This document shows positions 48,945-57,515 of a DNA stretch of 64,000 nucleotides, one piece after another. Each line of letters starts with the position of its first letter. The first letter of the stretch is position 1. Origin of the DNA: a virus (lineage: Duplodnaviria > Caudoviricetes). The position numbers and the translations under genes are program-made. The stretch is from IMG/VR virus record IMGVR_UViG_3300044949_002421, positions 800 through 64,799 of that record. One strand, written 5' to 3'. The notes beneath the pieces were generated by a model, which was not told the origin of the DNA, did not search any database, and saw nothing but the letters and a program-made list of their open reading frames with translations.

Positions 48945-49769
48945 TCAGAACGGCACGTTGTCCAGCGTCTCGGGAGCAGTCTCAAGAAGCCGGCGGATGA
49001 TCTTGTTTCTGGCGATGTCGTTGGGGAACGGCTTGCCGTTCTTGCCCAGCTTGAGCTCCTGCCCCTCCAGCCAATGAAGGTACTTGCGACCCTCATCCTG
49101 ACGGGCGATCTGGCGAAGCGTCTGGCCCTTGTATTTGCCAAACGGAAGCACCATGTCCTCGACAGGGGCGTTAGGATCCACCGCCTGCATCGTTTGCCGA
49201 TTTTTTTCGGCAACTGCCGTGCCCTCGGTCTCGATCAGGGCTTGGCGGATTTCCTTGGCCTCCACCGGATCGGGCTGAACCTCGACGATGCGACCACGGG
49301 CCTCGTGATCCTTGAACCCGCCATCGGGGACTTCCTCCGCCGGCGTCGCGGAAAGATCGGAAACCCCCATCAAGGGAACCACCGAGGCCAATGCGGAGCG
49401 AACCACCTTGGACAAGGCCCTTGTCTGAGCCATCGACCGGATGGCATACGCAGGGGCGTTCTTCCAGCGTGGCTCGTCACGACCGCAGAATCCCTCTGCC
49501 TTCGCAACAACTACGCCGGTATCGGCCTTCCGCAGTTCCGCCGTGGCCACATAGCCGTCCCCCTCGGGACGAACCTCGGCCACTCCGGGGATGAATCCCG
49601 CCGCGTTGGCGAGCATGCCCCAGCCCTCAACCTTGATGTAACGCTTCCCCTGAATGGAGATCGTCTGGTCGAGGACGTTGTCTTTCACCACATGCGCCAA
49701 GGTCCGTAGCCCGTGGTGAAGGGCTGACGAATCTATGAGTTGATTTGTCGTGTTGGTTGGTTGTGTCAT
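48945..49769 (-). CDS. Putative ssDNA-annealing recombinase with DUF3820-like C-terminal domain
   Basis: SMAQTRALSK..TPAEEV; LPFGKYKG..YLHWL; DNVPF SSB-like tail; next to the exonuclease. Confidence 0.7.
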   Translation of the reverse strand: MTQPTNTTNQLIDSSALHHGLRTLAHVVKDNVLDQTISIQGKRYIKVEGWGMLANAAGFIPGVAEVRPEGDGYVATAELRKADTGVVVAKAEGFCGRDEPRWKNAPAYAIRSMAQTRALSKVVRSALASVVPLMGVSDLSATPAEEVPDGGFKDHEARGRIVEVQPDPVEAKEIRQALIETEGTAVAEKNRQTMQAVDPNAPVEDMVLPFGKYKGQTLRQIARQDEGRKYLHWLEGQELKLGKNGKPFPNDIARNKIIRRLLETAPETLDNVPF

Positions 49770-50076
49770 AAGCCGTTCCCGCTCTTGCATTCCTTTTCCA
49801 GCGGTGCGGAGCGATAACGCCCCCGAAAGCGACAATTCAAAAAGTCATCAAAATGACTGAGCGCACACATGATCTGGCGGGCGTCATTCCCGCTGAAGTG
49901 AACAAAATCGGTCTTGCGAAGACCACGAATTAGGAAATGCCTAATCCAGTCCCATTGATAATCCTTGGGAAACGGAACTGCTTTTGTTTTTTTGCGAAGC
50001 CTAGCGTCTAGCTTCGATAATCCCTTTTGGCTGATTGCTTGCTATGCGAAGCGATAATTTTTGCGTGTTCGAATAT

Positions 50077-50226
50077 TTATTGTGCGACAAACTTATCGCT
50101 TGGCACAACATCACCGGACACGTTTACAGCTTTACGCATCCTCCATCGTGCGAGTGCCGCAAGCCGAGCGGAGACACGCTTTTTCGGTGATGATTTTCTG
50201 CCCCCGAGACTCCCGAGGTATTGCAT
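50077..50226 (-). CDS. Small basic protein, first gene of leftward operon
   Basis: MQYLGSLGGRKSSPKK..ARW, just downstream of the sigma70 promoter. Confidence 0.45.
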   Translation of the reverse strand: MQYLGSLGGRKSSPKKRVSARLAALARWRMRKAVNVSGDVVPSDKFVAQ

Positions 50227-50257
50227 CCTTTTTCGTACAGCGGCTTCAACGTCGGGC

Positions 50258-50291
50258 ACACTATTTTTAGTGCCTAGTTGTGTCAACACAA
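50258..50291 (-). promoter_or_regulatory. Sigma70 promoter with overlapping operator palindrome
   Basis: Minus strand TTGACA-17 nt-TAGTGT; palindrome TTGTGT-ca-ACACAA (50278-50291) covers the -35 box. Confidence 0.7.
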
Positions 50292-50919
50292 AATTTTTTA
50301 CTCTCTTCTTTGCCGCCTCACGGCGGGTAGTTTTGGGGTCATTTTGGGGCTTGGAATTGCAGGCTCGTTTACATTCCAGACAGCAGGCCCTACAGCCCCG
50401 CCATCGCTCCTCGTCAGCCAGAAGGTTCTCGGGGTCGCATAGATAGACATTCTTGCCATTGATCGACCTGATCCTCACAAAAGTCGTCATATAGTCCGGC
50501 AAAGGGTTTTTAGGCTCAAATTCGCCCGCCAAGAGCAGCTGACCGTCCGGGTCCATGGGTCGTGTGTCTACGGATAGGTTCCCAAGCACAACTACACTTG
50601 TTCCTACCCCTAAAGGGACATGCGGAAATCTTTTCTGTTTCGGGCAATAAGTTCGCATCCATATGCAACTACACTCTGTGTTTTTACACCCAGACCTCAC
50701 AAGCAATCGGTTGTAGGGATTTACTTAAAAACCCAATTAACGCTACCGGCTCCGCTTCGAAAGTTTGGGGTATTCATAAATTAGCCCAATTTGATTAGTG
50801 GTAAAAAAAACAAAACCCCACCAATTTTGTCAATTTTAAAATATCATAAACCATTGATATTTAGGTGTTAAACACCAATTATATCCTTCTTTAGATGCAT
50901 TTATAGGGCATACACGCTT

Positions 50920-51159
50920 ATGCCCAATCAACGCCATAAGCATAAGGTCTTTCTGGGGCTATGGGTCCGCAAGGGACTCAGGGCTTGGCTCGTTATTGAG
51001 GCCCGCAGGGCCAAAGAAACCCTGACAGGCCTTGTTGAGCGACTTATCAGTTCAGCCCGGGCTCAAGCATCTGCCGGCGACGGGCGGTATCCTTCAGCAC
51101 GGAAAACTCCCTCGAAACGGCCATCTTCGCCAAAGAAACCTTCCCGCCGATACCGGTAA
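50920..51159 (+). CDS. Ribbon-helix-helix (Arc-like) regulator
   Basis: MPNQR..VFLGLWVRKGLRAWL..EARR..TLTGLVERLI; divergent from the leftward operon across an AT-rich spacer. Confidence 0.6.
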   Translation: MPNQRHKHKVFLGLWVRKGLRAWLVIEARRAKETLTGLVERLISSARAQASAGDGRYPSARKTPSKRPSSPKKPSRRYR

Positions 51160-51529
51160 GCAGCTCGTCCAAGCTGTCAGCCGACCCCCTTAGTTGCCAC
51201 TCCAGCCCGTGTCCGGGCGCATTCTTTAGCTTCTTAAACTCAAAGCGGGGCCGCACAGAGAATCCCCAAGCCCTGTAAAGACTCGTGGCCGGCTGGCATC
51301 GGCACCAGAGGTATCCGTGGGCACAATAGCCTCCCCCGCCCAAGGAGCCGTTGCGGTAGAAGCGGAGCAAGGCCACCCACTCTTGGGCCTCATCCTCCCC
51401 TCCCCGCATGCTCACCCAGCACCCCATAAAATCCGAGGCATCCAGCCCAAGGATCTGCTTGTAGGTGTGGGGATGGTTCTTCTTCATCTTCCGGACGTCG
51501 ATTGAGGTTTCAAAAAGGAACATAGGCAT
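51047..51529 (-). CDS. Hypothetical early protein (start revised from 51598)
   Basis: ATG placed by the minus-strand motif copy. Confidence 0.6.
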   Translation of the reverse strand: MPMFLFETSIDVRKMKKNHPHTYKQILGLDASDFMGCWVSMRGGEDEAQEWVALLRFYRNGSLGGGGYCAHGYLWCRCQPATSLYRAWGFSVRPRFEFKKLKNAPGHGLEWQLRGSADSLDELLTGIGGKVSLAKMAVSREFSVLKDTARRRQMLEPGLN

Positions 51530-51534
51530 ACGGC

Positions 51535-51551
51535 AAATACCCGCCGTGTTT
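51535..51551 (-). promoter_or_regulatory. Early motif (copy 4, minus strand)
   Basis: Reverse complement AAACA cggcg GGTATTT gccgt ATG(51529). Confidence 0.75.
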
Positions 51552-51634
51552 TTAAGCGCAAGCCTTTGTGGTGATTTATTAAAATAATCCTTGCCCACCC
51601 CACCGCCTCACGTAGCCGGATGGAGGTGAGCAAA

Positions 51635-51651
51635 AAACAACGCGGGTAATT
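51635..51651 (+). promoter_or_regulatory. Early motif (copy 5)
   Basis: AAACA acgcg GGTAATT gggtt ATG(51657). Confidence 0.8.
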
Positions 51652-51656
51652 GGGTT

Positions 51657-52031
51657 ATGAAGCCCAAATACGAAATACTAGATATCGCCTGCCGCTACAT
51701 CAAACAACGCACCGGCAAGGACAGCCCAACCGACGAATCCTGCCTGATCCTTTCCTTGATGGAGAGGGTGCTAATTGCCGCTGAAGAGGTGGAGAAAAAG
51801 ACTCCCCTGCACTCCACCGCTCTTGAGGTGGCCTACCTTCTCTTCTTTTTATCCATCTCGGTCTCCACCAAGAAGGGCCTGAGCCGCTGGGGGAACATGA
51901 TGTCGGGAGTCACGATGGCCGAAACTCCCCCGATCAAGGGCGAGCCAAAGTTCTTTTCCGAGATGCGCCAATACGGGAGCGGACTCAGGGACGGCTACTA
52001 TGACTTGGTCAAAAGGGCTTCGGCTGGGTGA
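51657..52031 (+). CDS. Hypothetical early protein
   Basis: Motif-led start. Confidence 0.65.
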   Translation: MKPKYEILDIACRYIKQRTGKDSPTDESCLILSLMERVLIAAEEVEKKTPLHSTALEVAYLLFFLSISVSTKKGLSRWGNMMSGVTMAETPPIKGEPKFFSEMRQYGSGLRDGYYDLVKRASAG

Positions 52032-52330
52032 AGCGATGCTTTCTCAAGCGCAAAACCCCGCTCAAGCGGTCTGGGAGGCTTCGTCCCTTTACCCAGAAGC
52101 GCAAAGGCCAGTTGGATACCTACAGAAAGTTAAGACTTTCCTATCTAAAAAAGTTCCCTTTCTGCCGTCTTTGCGGAAAGAAGGCGACCCAAGTTCACCA
52201 CAAACGGGGGCGTATCGGGTGGCGTCTTTGCGCCGAGGAATTCTTCATGGCGATCTGCCAAGGCTGTCACGCCGACATCCACGCCAATGGAAGATGGGCC
52301 AGACAAAAAGGCTTCATCCTTCCCGCCTAA
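52028..52330 (+). CDS. HNH endonuclease
   Basis: CxxC..ATQVHH..AICxxCHADIH. Confidence 0.8.
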   Translation: MKRCFLKRKTPLKRSGRLRPFTQKRKGQLDTYRKLRLSYLKKFPFCRLCGKKATQVHHKRGRIGWRLCAEEFFMAICQGCHADIHANGRWARQKGFILPA

Positions 52331-52331
52331 G

Positions 52332-52661
52332 ATGAGACGCAGGGGCTTTTGCGGAAGTTCGATGCAGGGAGACTCCCACAGGGTTGCCTCTGCCCTCACG
52401 GCCAAGATCCAGCTTTCCCACTACGGGATGCGCCCAACCCGTGGGGTCATGAAGTCCATGGAAAGGCGGGCCAAGCGCCATGCCAAGGCCGATCACCTAT
52501 GGTGCAAGCAGGACACCCCAGAACTTAGTTTCGCCTTGGTCGACAAAGACAGAAACATCATGAAGTTTTCGATGATGACCTACGTCGAGTCGTTTAAGCG
52601 CAACAGGGTCATGAAGGGATTTGGATTTGCTTGGGTCAGATGCGACAGGAGGAACAAATGA
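52332..52661 (+). CDS. Hypothetical protein
   Basis: Coupled ORF. Confidence 0.5.
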   Translation: MRRRGFCGSSMQGDSHRVASALTAKIQLSHYGMRPTRGVMKSMERRAKRHAKADHLWCKQDTPELSFALVDKDRNIMKFSMMTYVESFKRNRVMKGFGFAWVRCDRRNK

Positions 52662-53005
52662 GCTACGAAATCGACGACGCGCCGGACCCGATCCGTGCGC
52701 TTAACTGGATGCGGGACAACGCCGAAAAGCTGGCCAACGCAAAGGCAGAACGGGCCTACATCGAGCAGTTCATCAAAAGCAAAAAGGCCATGCTCATGCA
52801 ACAAGTGTCGGAAAACTCCCCCACCCTAGCCGCACAGGAACGGGAAGCCTTGGCCCACCCAGAATACCTTGAGCTCCTTAAGGCCCACAAAGAGGCCGTG
52901 TTTATTGAGGAGAAGGTCAAAGCCTTGATGACAGCCGCACAAAATCAGATCGAAATCTGGCGAACCCTAGAAAGCACCAAGAGGGCCGAGCTCAAGGCGT
53001 TTTGA
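52658..53005 (+). CDS. Coiled-coil phage protein (UvsY-like)
   Basis: AQEREALAHPEY..IEIWRT pattern. Confidence 0.6.
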   Translation: MSYEIDDAPDPIRALNWMRDNAEKLANAKAERAYIEQFIKSKKAMLMQQVSENSPTLAAQEREALAHPEYLELLKAHKEAVFIEEKVKALMTAAQNQIEIWRTLESTKRAELKAF

Positions 53006-53544
53006 TGGAAAAGGTCGACCTAGCCGTTACCGCCGGCGAACAGGGCCGTGAGGACACCCAATGGTTCACCCAAGGGCTGGCCGCAGCCCTATGCTCTCCC
53101 CTGCCCATGCCCAACCGGCTTTGGCTGGATGTCGGGGCCGGCCTTGGGAGGTCAAGGGAACGTATTGAGCCACATGGGTTTCGTGTCATCACTCAAGACC
53201 CTGCTCCGGATCTTCCGGTCGACACCGATCAGCCGCTTGAAAAAATCTATGGCGAGTTTGGGGTCGTCTCAGCGTTCGATGTCATCGAGCACGTTAAGGA
53301 CGTTCCGGCTTTCTCCAAGGAGCTCTCAAGGCTCAGTTGCGGGTATGTGGCCATCTCCGCCCCATTCGATGCAGACAGCACCTACCACTTCCAAGTCTTC
53401 ACACCGCAATCCCTGCTTCAGCAAACATCCTCAATCGGGACACTTGTGCTGGCTTACGAGCTGGGCGAAGGCTGGGTCAGGCGGATGGACCACCGCATCA
53501 AGGAAGGCTTTGGTGCCCTGCTTATATACAGCGTGGGTAATTAG
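53002..53544 (+). CDS. Class I SAM-dependent methyltransferase
   Basis: WLDVGAGLG motif I; FGVVSAFDVIEHV. Confidence 0.85.
   Translation: MMEKVDLAVTAGEQGREDTQWFTQGLAAALCSPLPMPNRLWLDVGAGLGRSRERIEPHGFRVITQDPAPDLPVDTDQPLEKIYGEFGVVSAFDVIEHVKDVPAFSKELSRLSCGYVAISAPFDADSTYHFQVFTPQSLLQQTSSIGTLVLAYELGEGWVRRMDHRIKEGFGALLIYSVGN
53526..53542 (+). promoter_or_regulatory. Early motif (copy 6)
   Basis: ATACA gcgtg GGTAATT aggtc ATG(53548). Confidence 0.7.
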
Positions 53545-53547
53545 GTC

Positions 53548-53652
53548 ATGAGAGCCGTCTTTTATGCGTTCTGGTTCAACCTTGGATTCATGGTCGGGCT
53601 GTTGCTGACCTTGGTGCCAATCCTCCTTATCCGGGGGATCTTCAAAATATGA
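53548..53652 (+). CDS. 34-aa membrane peptide
   Basis: MRAVFYAFWFNLGFMVGLLLTLVPILLIRGIFKI; motif-led. Confidence 0.6.
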   Translation: MRAVFYAFWFNLGFMVGLLLTLVPILLIRGIFKI

Positions 53653-53822
53653 TCGTCTCCCCCTCCAGACTCAAGAGGGTCGCCTTGGAGATTGCCGCAC
53701 GACGGCACCACAAGTTCACGCGCATATCCCGTGAGTTTATCGAGAAGGCTGACCGCCATCTTGTGCATTGGATCGAGTCCCACATCAGCTCGCTCCCTTC
53801 CAAGGGAAAGACAATCAAATGA
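53649..53822 (+). CDS. 57-aa candidate histone-fold protein
   Basis: MIVSPSRLKRVALEIAARRHHKFTRISREFIEKADRHLVHWIESHISSLPSKGKTIK; ATGA-coupled on both sides. Confidence 0.55.
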   Translation: MIVSPSRLKRVALEIAARRHHKFTRISREFIEKADRHLVHWIESHISSLPSKGKTIK

Positions 53823-53914
53823 CTGAACTAGACAAACAAGTGGCGTTTGCCCACCGGTGCTACATCGCCGGCATTGTCGTGGGCGCCCTGCTCGGTTCTC
53901 TTGCCCTGCTTTGA
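53819..53914 (+). CDS. 31-aa membrane peptide
   Basis: MTELDKQVAFAHRCYIAGIVVGALLGSLALL; coupled. Confidence 0.5.
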   Translation: MTELDKQVAFAHRCYIAGIVVGALLGSLALL

Positions 53915-54201
53915 GACAGGGTTCCAAGGTTGTCTGCGTCGATGACCGGTTCCCTCCGGAGATATTTATCTACTACACCCAGCTGCCCATCAAGGATCGC
54001 ACCTACACCATCAGGGACATGGGGGTGGGAATTTCTCACAAGGGCGAGGTCGGGGAGATCGTCGTTTACCTAAACGAGCTGACCAACCCAGCATCGAACA
54101 AGCCCCCTCACCCCGAGCGTGGCTTCGCACAATGGAGGTTTCGAGAGATCGAGCCCCCCGCCGAGGTCGAGGAGGAGCAAGTCTTAGAACAAGTCGGGTA
54201 A
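53911..54201 (+). CDS. SH3-like hypothetical protein
   Basis: GSKVVCVDD..YTIR..GFAQWRFR; TTGA-coupled start. Confidence 0.65.
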   Translation: MRQGSKVVCVDDRFPPEIFIYYTQLPIKDRTYTIRDMGVGISHKGEVGEIVVYLNELTNPASNKPPHPERGFAQWRFREIEPPAEVEEEQVLEQVG

Positions 54202-54203
54202 TT
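54187..54203 (+). promoter_or_regulatory. Early motif (copy 7)
   Basis: GAACA agtcg GGTAATT ggggc ATG(54209). Confidence 0.75.
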
Positions 54204-54208
54204 GGGGC

Positions 54209-54526
54209 ATGGAATGGGAAACAGTTGGAAGGCATAAGCTAAAAAGCTTCAAAAACAGCCCTTGGGTCATGGTCAAAAGGCGGGTCAAGATCCGGAAAGC
54301 CAAAAACCTCTGGGATTGCTACTGGTATAACACCCGAGCCCGCATCTTCACCAAATACATGGCGGAGCCCAGCTACAAAAGGGCTACAGGAAAAAAGGGC
54401 ATGGAGCTGGCCTCTTCCCTGCTCCTCTGTCTAGACCCAGCCGACGAATGGGCTCACCCCCGCCAGTCTGTCCGCTTTTTCCGTGGGATAGGCCAGATGG
54501 AGCTTTTCAAAAAACAAAGGGAGTAA
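54209..54526 (+). CDS. Hypothetical early protein
   Basis: Motif-led. Confidence 0.6.
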   Translation: MEWETVGRHKLKSFKNSPWVMVKRRVKIRKAKNLWDCYWYNTRARIFTKYMAEPSYKRATGKKGMELASSLLLCLDPADEWAHPRQSVRFFRGIGQMELFKKQRE

Positions 54527-54528
54527 TT
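54512..54528 (+). promoter_or_regulatory. Early motif (copy 8)
   Basis: AAACA aaggg AGTAATT gagtc ATG(54534). Confidence 0.75.
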
Positions 54529-54533
54529 GAGTC

Positions 54534-55202
54534 ATGCCAAACCACATCACAAACAAACTGACAATAATGGACGGGAAGCTCGGAAGCATCAAAGAGAGGC
54601 TGAAATACTATGTCTCCAAGGATGATGACGGCAAAGAGAGCATCGACTTCAACAGGGTCATTCGGATGCCCCCTTCCCTTCAAATCACCGCCGGCGGCTC
54701 GGTTGACGAGGCCATGGCTGCAATCAAGGAGGACACAAAGTTCTTTGCCGAGAGGTTTGAATGGTGGAGCGGCAAGGGCTCATGGCTTGAGACAGAGGGC
54801 ATCAAAACCCCCAAGGACTTGATGGAATACAAGCGGAGGACGCTTTCCAAAGAGGCTCTGGAGGAAGGCAGGAAGGCCATCGAGAACCTCAAGAAATACG
54901 GCCACAAAGACTGGTATGGCTGGTGTTGCGACAAGTGGGGGACGAAATGGAACTCCTACGACACAACTTGGGATGACAGCGAGGTGACCTTCCTCACCGC
55001 TTGGGCTCCCCCCGATCCGGTCATCCAGAAGATGGCGGACGAGACCGGACTCACCATCCAGAACGAATGGTGGGACGAGGGAGACCCCGACAACATCGAA
55101 ATCTCCATCTTCAGTCCGGAGATTGACGGGATCAAACCGGAATACGCCCCGATCCGCCGAAAGAGGAATTCAAACAAGCGATGGGTGGTCGCACTTCCAT
55201 AA
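54534..55202 (+). CDS. DUF1281/YubB ferredoxin-like domain protein
   Basis: MPNHITNKL..IDFNRVI..DWYGW..WGTKWN..FLTAWAPP. Confidence 0.8.
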   Translation: MPNHITNKLTIMDGKLGSIKERLKYYVSKDDDGKESIDFNRVIRMPPSLQITAGGSVDEAMAAIKEDTKFFAERFEWWSGKGSWLETEGIKTPKDLMEYKRRTLSKEALEEGRKAIENLKKYGHKDWYGWCCDKWGTKWNSYDTTWDDSEVTFLTAWAPPDPVIQKMADETGLTIQNEWWDEGDPDNIEISIFSPEIDGIKPEYAPIRRKRNSNKRWVVALP

Positions 55203-55218
55203 AACAAGAAAGGTAATT
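55202..55218 (+). promoter_or_regulatory. Early motif (copy 9)
   Basis: AAACA agaaa GGTAATT gagtt ATG(55224). Confidence 0.8.
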
Positions 55219-55223
55219 GAGTT

Positions 55224-55625
55224 ATGACAGCACTAGAACTTATCAGATCGAAACAGAGGATGGAAAAAGCGGCCAAGGATCACGCCGAGGCCGTCAAGCA
55301 ACGGCAGGAGGAGGAGGATGCTGAAAAGTTTGCCCCACTCAAAAAGATATATGAAGAGGTAAGGCATCTCCCCGCAAAGCCAAGATACAATCACTCTAAC
55401 TCTTGCACCGAAACAATTAAGGGTATGTGGGAGAGCAGGCTCACTCCCCGCCACATTGAGTTCTGGAATGACATTGGCGGTGGAGGAGGGTGGAACCTTA
55501 CGGCTGAAGGCGGAACAATCTACCTAGTCGATCACTATCGGGACATTGGCAAGACCGAGGATATCGAGGAGGCCAAGGGATGGCTGGTCGAGAAGCTCGC
55601 CACAATGCTGGAGGATGAGAAATGA
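55224..55625 (+). CDS. Hypothetical early protein
   Basis: Motif-led. Confidence 0.65.
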   Translation: MTALELIRSKQRMEKAAKDHAEAVKQRQEEEDAEKFAPLKKIYEEVRHLPAKPRYNHSNSCTETIKGMWESRLTPRHIEFWNDIGGGGGWNLTAEGGTIYLVDHYRDIGKTEDIEEAKGWLVEKLATMLEDEK

Positions 55626-55662
55626 GCATCTGCAAAAAGAAACAACAAACGGAAGCGATGAA

Positions 55663-55809
55663 ATGAAACAAGCATTAACAAAAATAGTTAAACTGATTGA
55701 GGGCTGGGCAGACGATCAAAAACAAAGGCACGAAGATGTCCTGCTCAAGATTCTAAATACGGCATTAAAAGCCTTAAACCCGAAGCCGAAAAACAAGCGG
55801 GGTAATTAG
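55663..55809 (+). CDS. Hypothetical protein
   Basis: MKQALTKIVK..; stop lies at the next motif; start uncertain. Confidence 0.5.
   Translation: MKQALTKIVKLIEGWADDQKQRHEDVLLKILNTALKALNPKPKNKRGN
55791..55807 (+). promoter_or_regulatory. Early motif (copy 10)
   Basis: AAACA agcgg GGTAATT aggtat ATG(55814). Confidence 0.8.
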
Positions 55810-55813
55810 GTAT

Positions 55814-55915
55814 ATGAAAACAATCAATCTGGACGGATTCAAGGAGCATAAGCCATCCCGCAAGAAGGGGGCGGGAAATAAACAAACAACAAAGAAAGGA
55901 AACACACACAAATGA
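55814..55915 (+). pseudogene. Truncated duplicate of the 5' end of gene 56316
   Basis: 55814-55868 matches 56316-56370 at 51/55 nt; 33-aa ORF MKTINLDGFKEHKPSRKK... Confidence 0.75.
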
Positions 55916-56127
55916 AAACGACGCAACCAGCCGAAGCGATGACGGCCAAAGATCATCTTCGCATTAAAGAATTGTTGGAAACTATTTCGACGCTTCGTTC
56001 TGCTCTCGACGAGTGTCTTGACTTTGTTCAGCAGGAACACGACTACGACAATCCGAGCGGAACAACTGCTCGCCTCATGTCGGAAATTGATGAGGCGATC
56101 TGGCAAGCTGATGAGGTGACAAAATGA
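55912..56127 (+). CDS. Hypothetical protein
   Basis: SD-like AAAGGA with an AC-rich leader. Confidence 0.6.
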   Translation: MKTTQPAEAMTAKDHLRIKELLETISTLRSALDECLDFVQQEHDYDNPSGTTARLMSEIDEAIWQADEVTK

Positions 56128-56312
56128 AATACTTACACGCCTTTGATCTTGCATCTTGCGTGGAAAACGAACACGAAGACTTTTACAACACGCCCAAAGG
56201 GGAACTTATCAATGCGATGAGGGCAAGGCTGTCCGGCCTAACGGACGAAGAGGTCTTTGATGCGTTTGGCCACATTGAAACTAATTGCATTGAAAACAAG
56301 GAGACTAATTAG
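56124..56312 (+). CDS. Hypothetical protein
   Basis: ATGA-coupled. Confidence 0.6.
   Translation: MKYLHAFDLASCVENEHEDFYNTPKGELINAMRARLSGLTDEEVFDAFGHIETNCIENKETN
56294..56310 (+). promoter_or_regulatory. Early motif (copy 11, degenerate)
   Basis: AAACA aggag ACTAATT agatc ATG(56316). Confidence 0.65.
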
Positions 56313-56315
56313 ATC

Positions 56316-56906
56316 ATGAAAACAATCAATCTGGACGGATTCACCGAACACAAGCCATCCCGCAAGAAGGAACCCAAGCCCCTTCTGAAGGTCGATGGCA
56401 AGCCCGTGACAACCTTTGTGAAGGCCAAGCAAGCCTTTGACCACGCCGAGTCCGACCTTCGCAAGGCCAAGGAAGACCTGCTGGATGCGGCATCCCTCGA
56501 ATTCTGGCGCATGAACCACGCCCGAACCACGGCTGGCGAGCTTCCCGCATCCACCGCCGAGATGCAGGGTGAGGACTGCACGGCAAAGATCACGATGGCG
56601 AGAATGTATCCCGCCGTCACAGGCGAGGAGGTTTTGTCGGTATTGCCCAAGCCAATCTTCGAGACTGCCTTTCAGCAGAGCTTCGATTTCAAAATTGATG
56701 GCTCCAAGCTGAATCCCGAAACCGCTGGCGAGTTTGTCACCGAGCTTCGGATGCTTGTCGAAAAGCACCGCAGTTCACAGGCGATCACAATCAAGCGTGG
56801 ATTTCAGCCCACCGAGCAGTTCCACCTTGAGCGACACAAGATTCTGAAGCCAGAGCAGAACCTACAACTTCAGTCGGTTTGCCCTGCGAGAATCTATGTC
56901 AGTTGA
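56316..56906 (+). CDS. Hypothetical early protein
   Basis: Motif-led, 196 aa. Confidence 0.7.
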   Translation: MKTINLDGFTEHKPSRKKEPKPLLKVDGKPVTTFVKAKQAFDHAESDLRKAKEDLLDAASLEFWRMNHARTTAGELPASTAEMQGEDCTAKITMARMYPAVTGEEVLSVLPKPIFETAFQQSFDFKIDGSKLNPETAGEFVTELRMLVEKHRSSQAITIKRGFQPTEQFHLERHKILKPEQNLQLQSVCPARIYVS

Positions 56907-57492
56907 ATCAGCCACCACCCTGCTCACGAAGTCGCCGAGGCTACCGCTCCGACCCTACTCCTGCATCACGGCACTTCAGTTGCAGTCTTTTTGCGACTGG
57001 AGTTTTGAGCCGAAGATAAACGGATGGAGGTGCGTTGTGGATGCCGAGCGTGGAAGGGTGATTTCACGGCACGGCACAACCTTTGCCGAGTCGGGACACA
57101 TACTGGACATAGTCTCCAACACGCCGACCCTTGCCGGTCTCGGTTTACTCGACTGCGAGTTCCTTGGAAGGAGAACCAAGGCTGGCAAGGGATCGGTTGT
57201 GGTGATGGATGTTATGGATTCCACCCTCCCCTATCTGGAAAGACGCACCATGCTCGACAGCCTTTGCGAAGTCCCGCTGGACGACATCCCCACAAACGCA
57301 ATCCTCCGATTCCCCGCCTACACACAGGAACAGGCCAGAATGATCCTTGAGGATATGCGGGAGGTGAATGACCGCCGTTGCGAGGTGATTTGGGAGGGTT
57401 TTGTGGCCAAGCACAACGCCTCGCCCTACCCACGCAAATACGACCAGAACGAATGTCGCTACTGGGCGAAAGCCCGACTCCTCACCGCATAA
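56896..57492 (+). CDS. Minimal ATP-dependent ligase / covalent nucleotidyltransferase domain
   Basis: EPKINGWR (motif I), LDCEF (III), VMDVM (IIIa), EGFVAK (IV), WAKAR (V); no OB fold. Confidence 0.8.
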   Translation: MSVESATTLLTKSPRLPLRPYSCITALQLQSFCDWSFEPKINGWRCVVDAERGRVISRHGTTFAESGHILDIVSNTPTLAGLGLLDCEFLGRRTKAGKGSVVVMDVMDSTLPYLERRTMLDSLCEVPLDDIPTNAILRFPAYTQEQARMILEDMREVNDRRCEVIWEGFVAKHNASPYPRKYDQNECRYWAKARLLTA

Positions 57493-57493
57493 C

Positions 57494-57510
57494 AAACACG
57501 CCGGGTAATT
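57494..57510 (+). promoter_or_regulatory. Early motif (copy 12)
   Basis: AAACA cgccg GGTAATT gagcc GTG(57516). Confidence 0.75.
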
Positions 57511-57515
57511 GAGCC

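Noticed and set aside
49766-50040. Open minus-strand frame (..PKDYQWDWIRHFLIRG..) ending at the recombinase start
   Set aside because: Protein-like, but no canonical start near its 5' end after the upstream in-frame TAG; not supportable as a CDS
50661-50685. Degenerate minus-strand motif AAACA-cagag-TGTAGTT-gcat-ATG
   Set aside because: Two mismatches in the core box, a 4-nt spacer and an unconvincing downstream ORF
50227-50706. N-terminal part of the 209-aa minus ORF 50077-50706
   Set aside because: Spans a canonical promoter/operator and has no recognisable protein features; only the last 49 codons are retained, at low confidence
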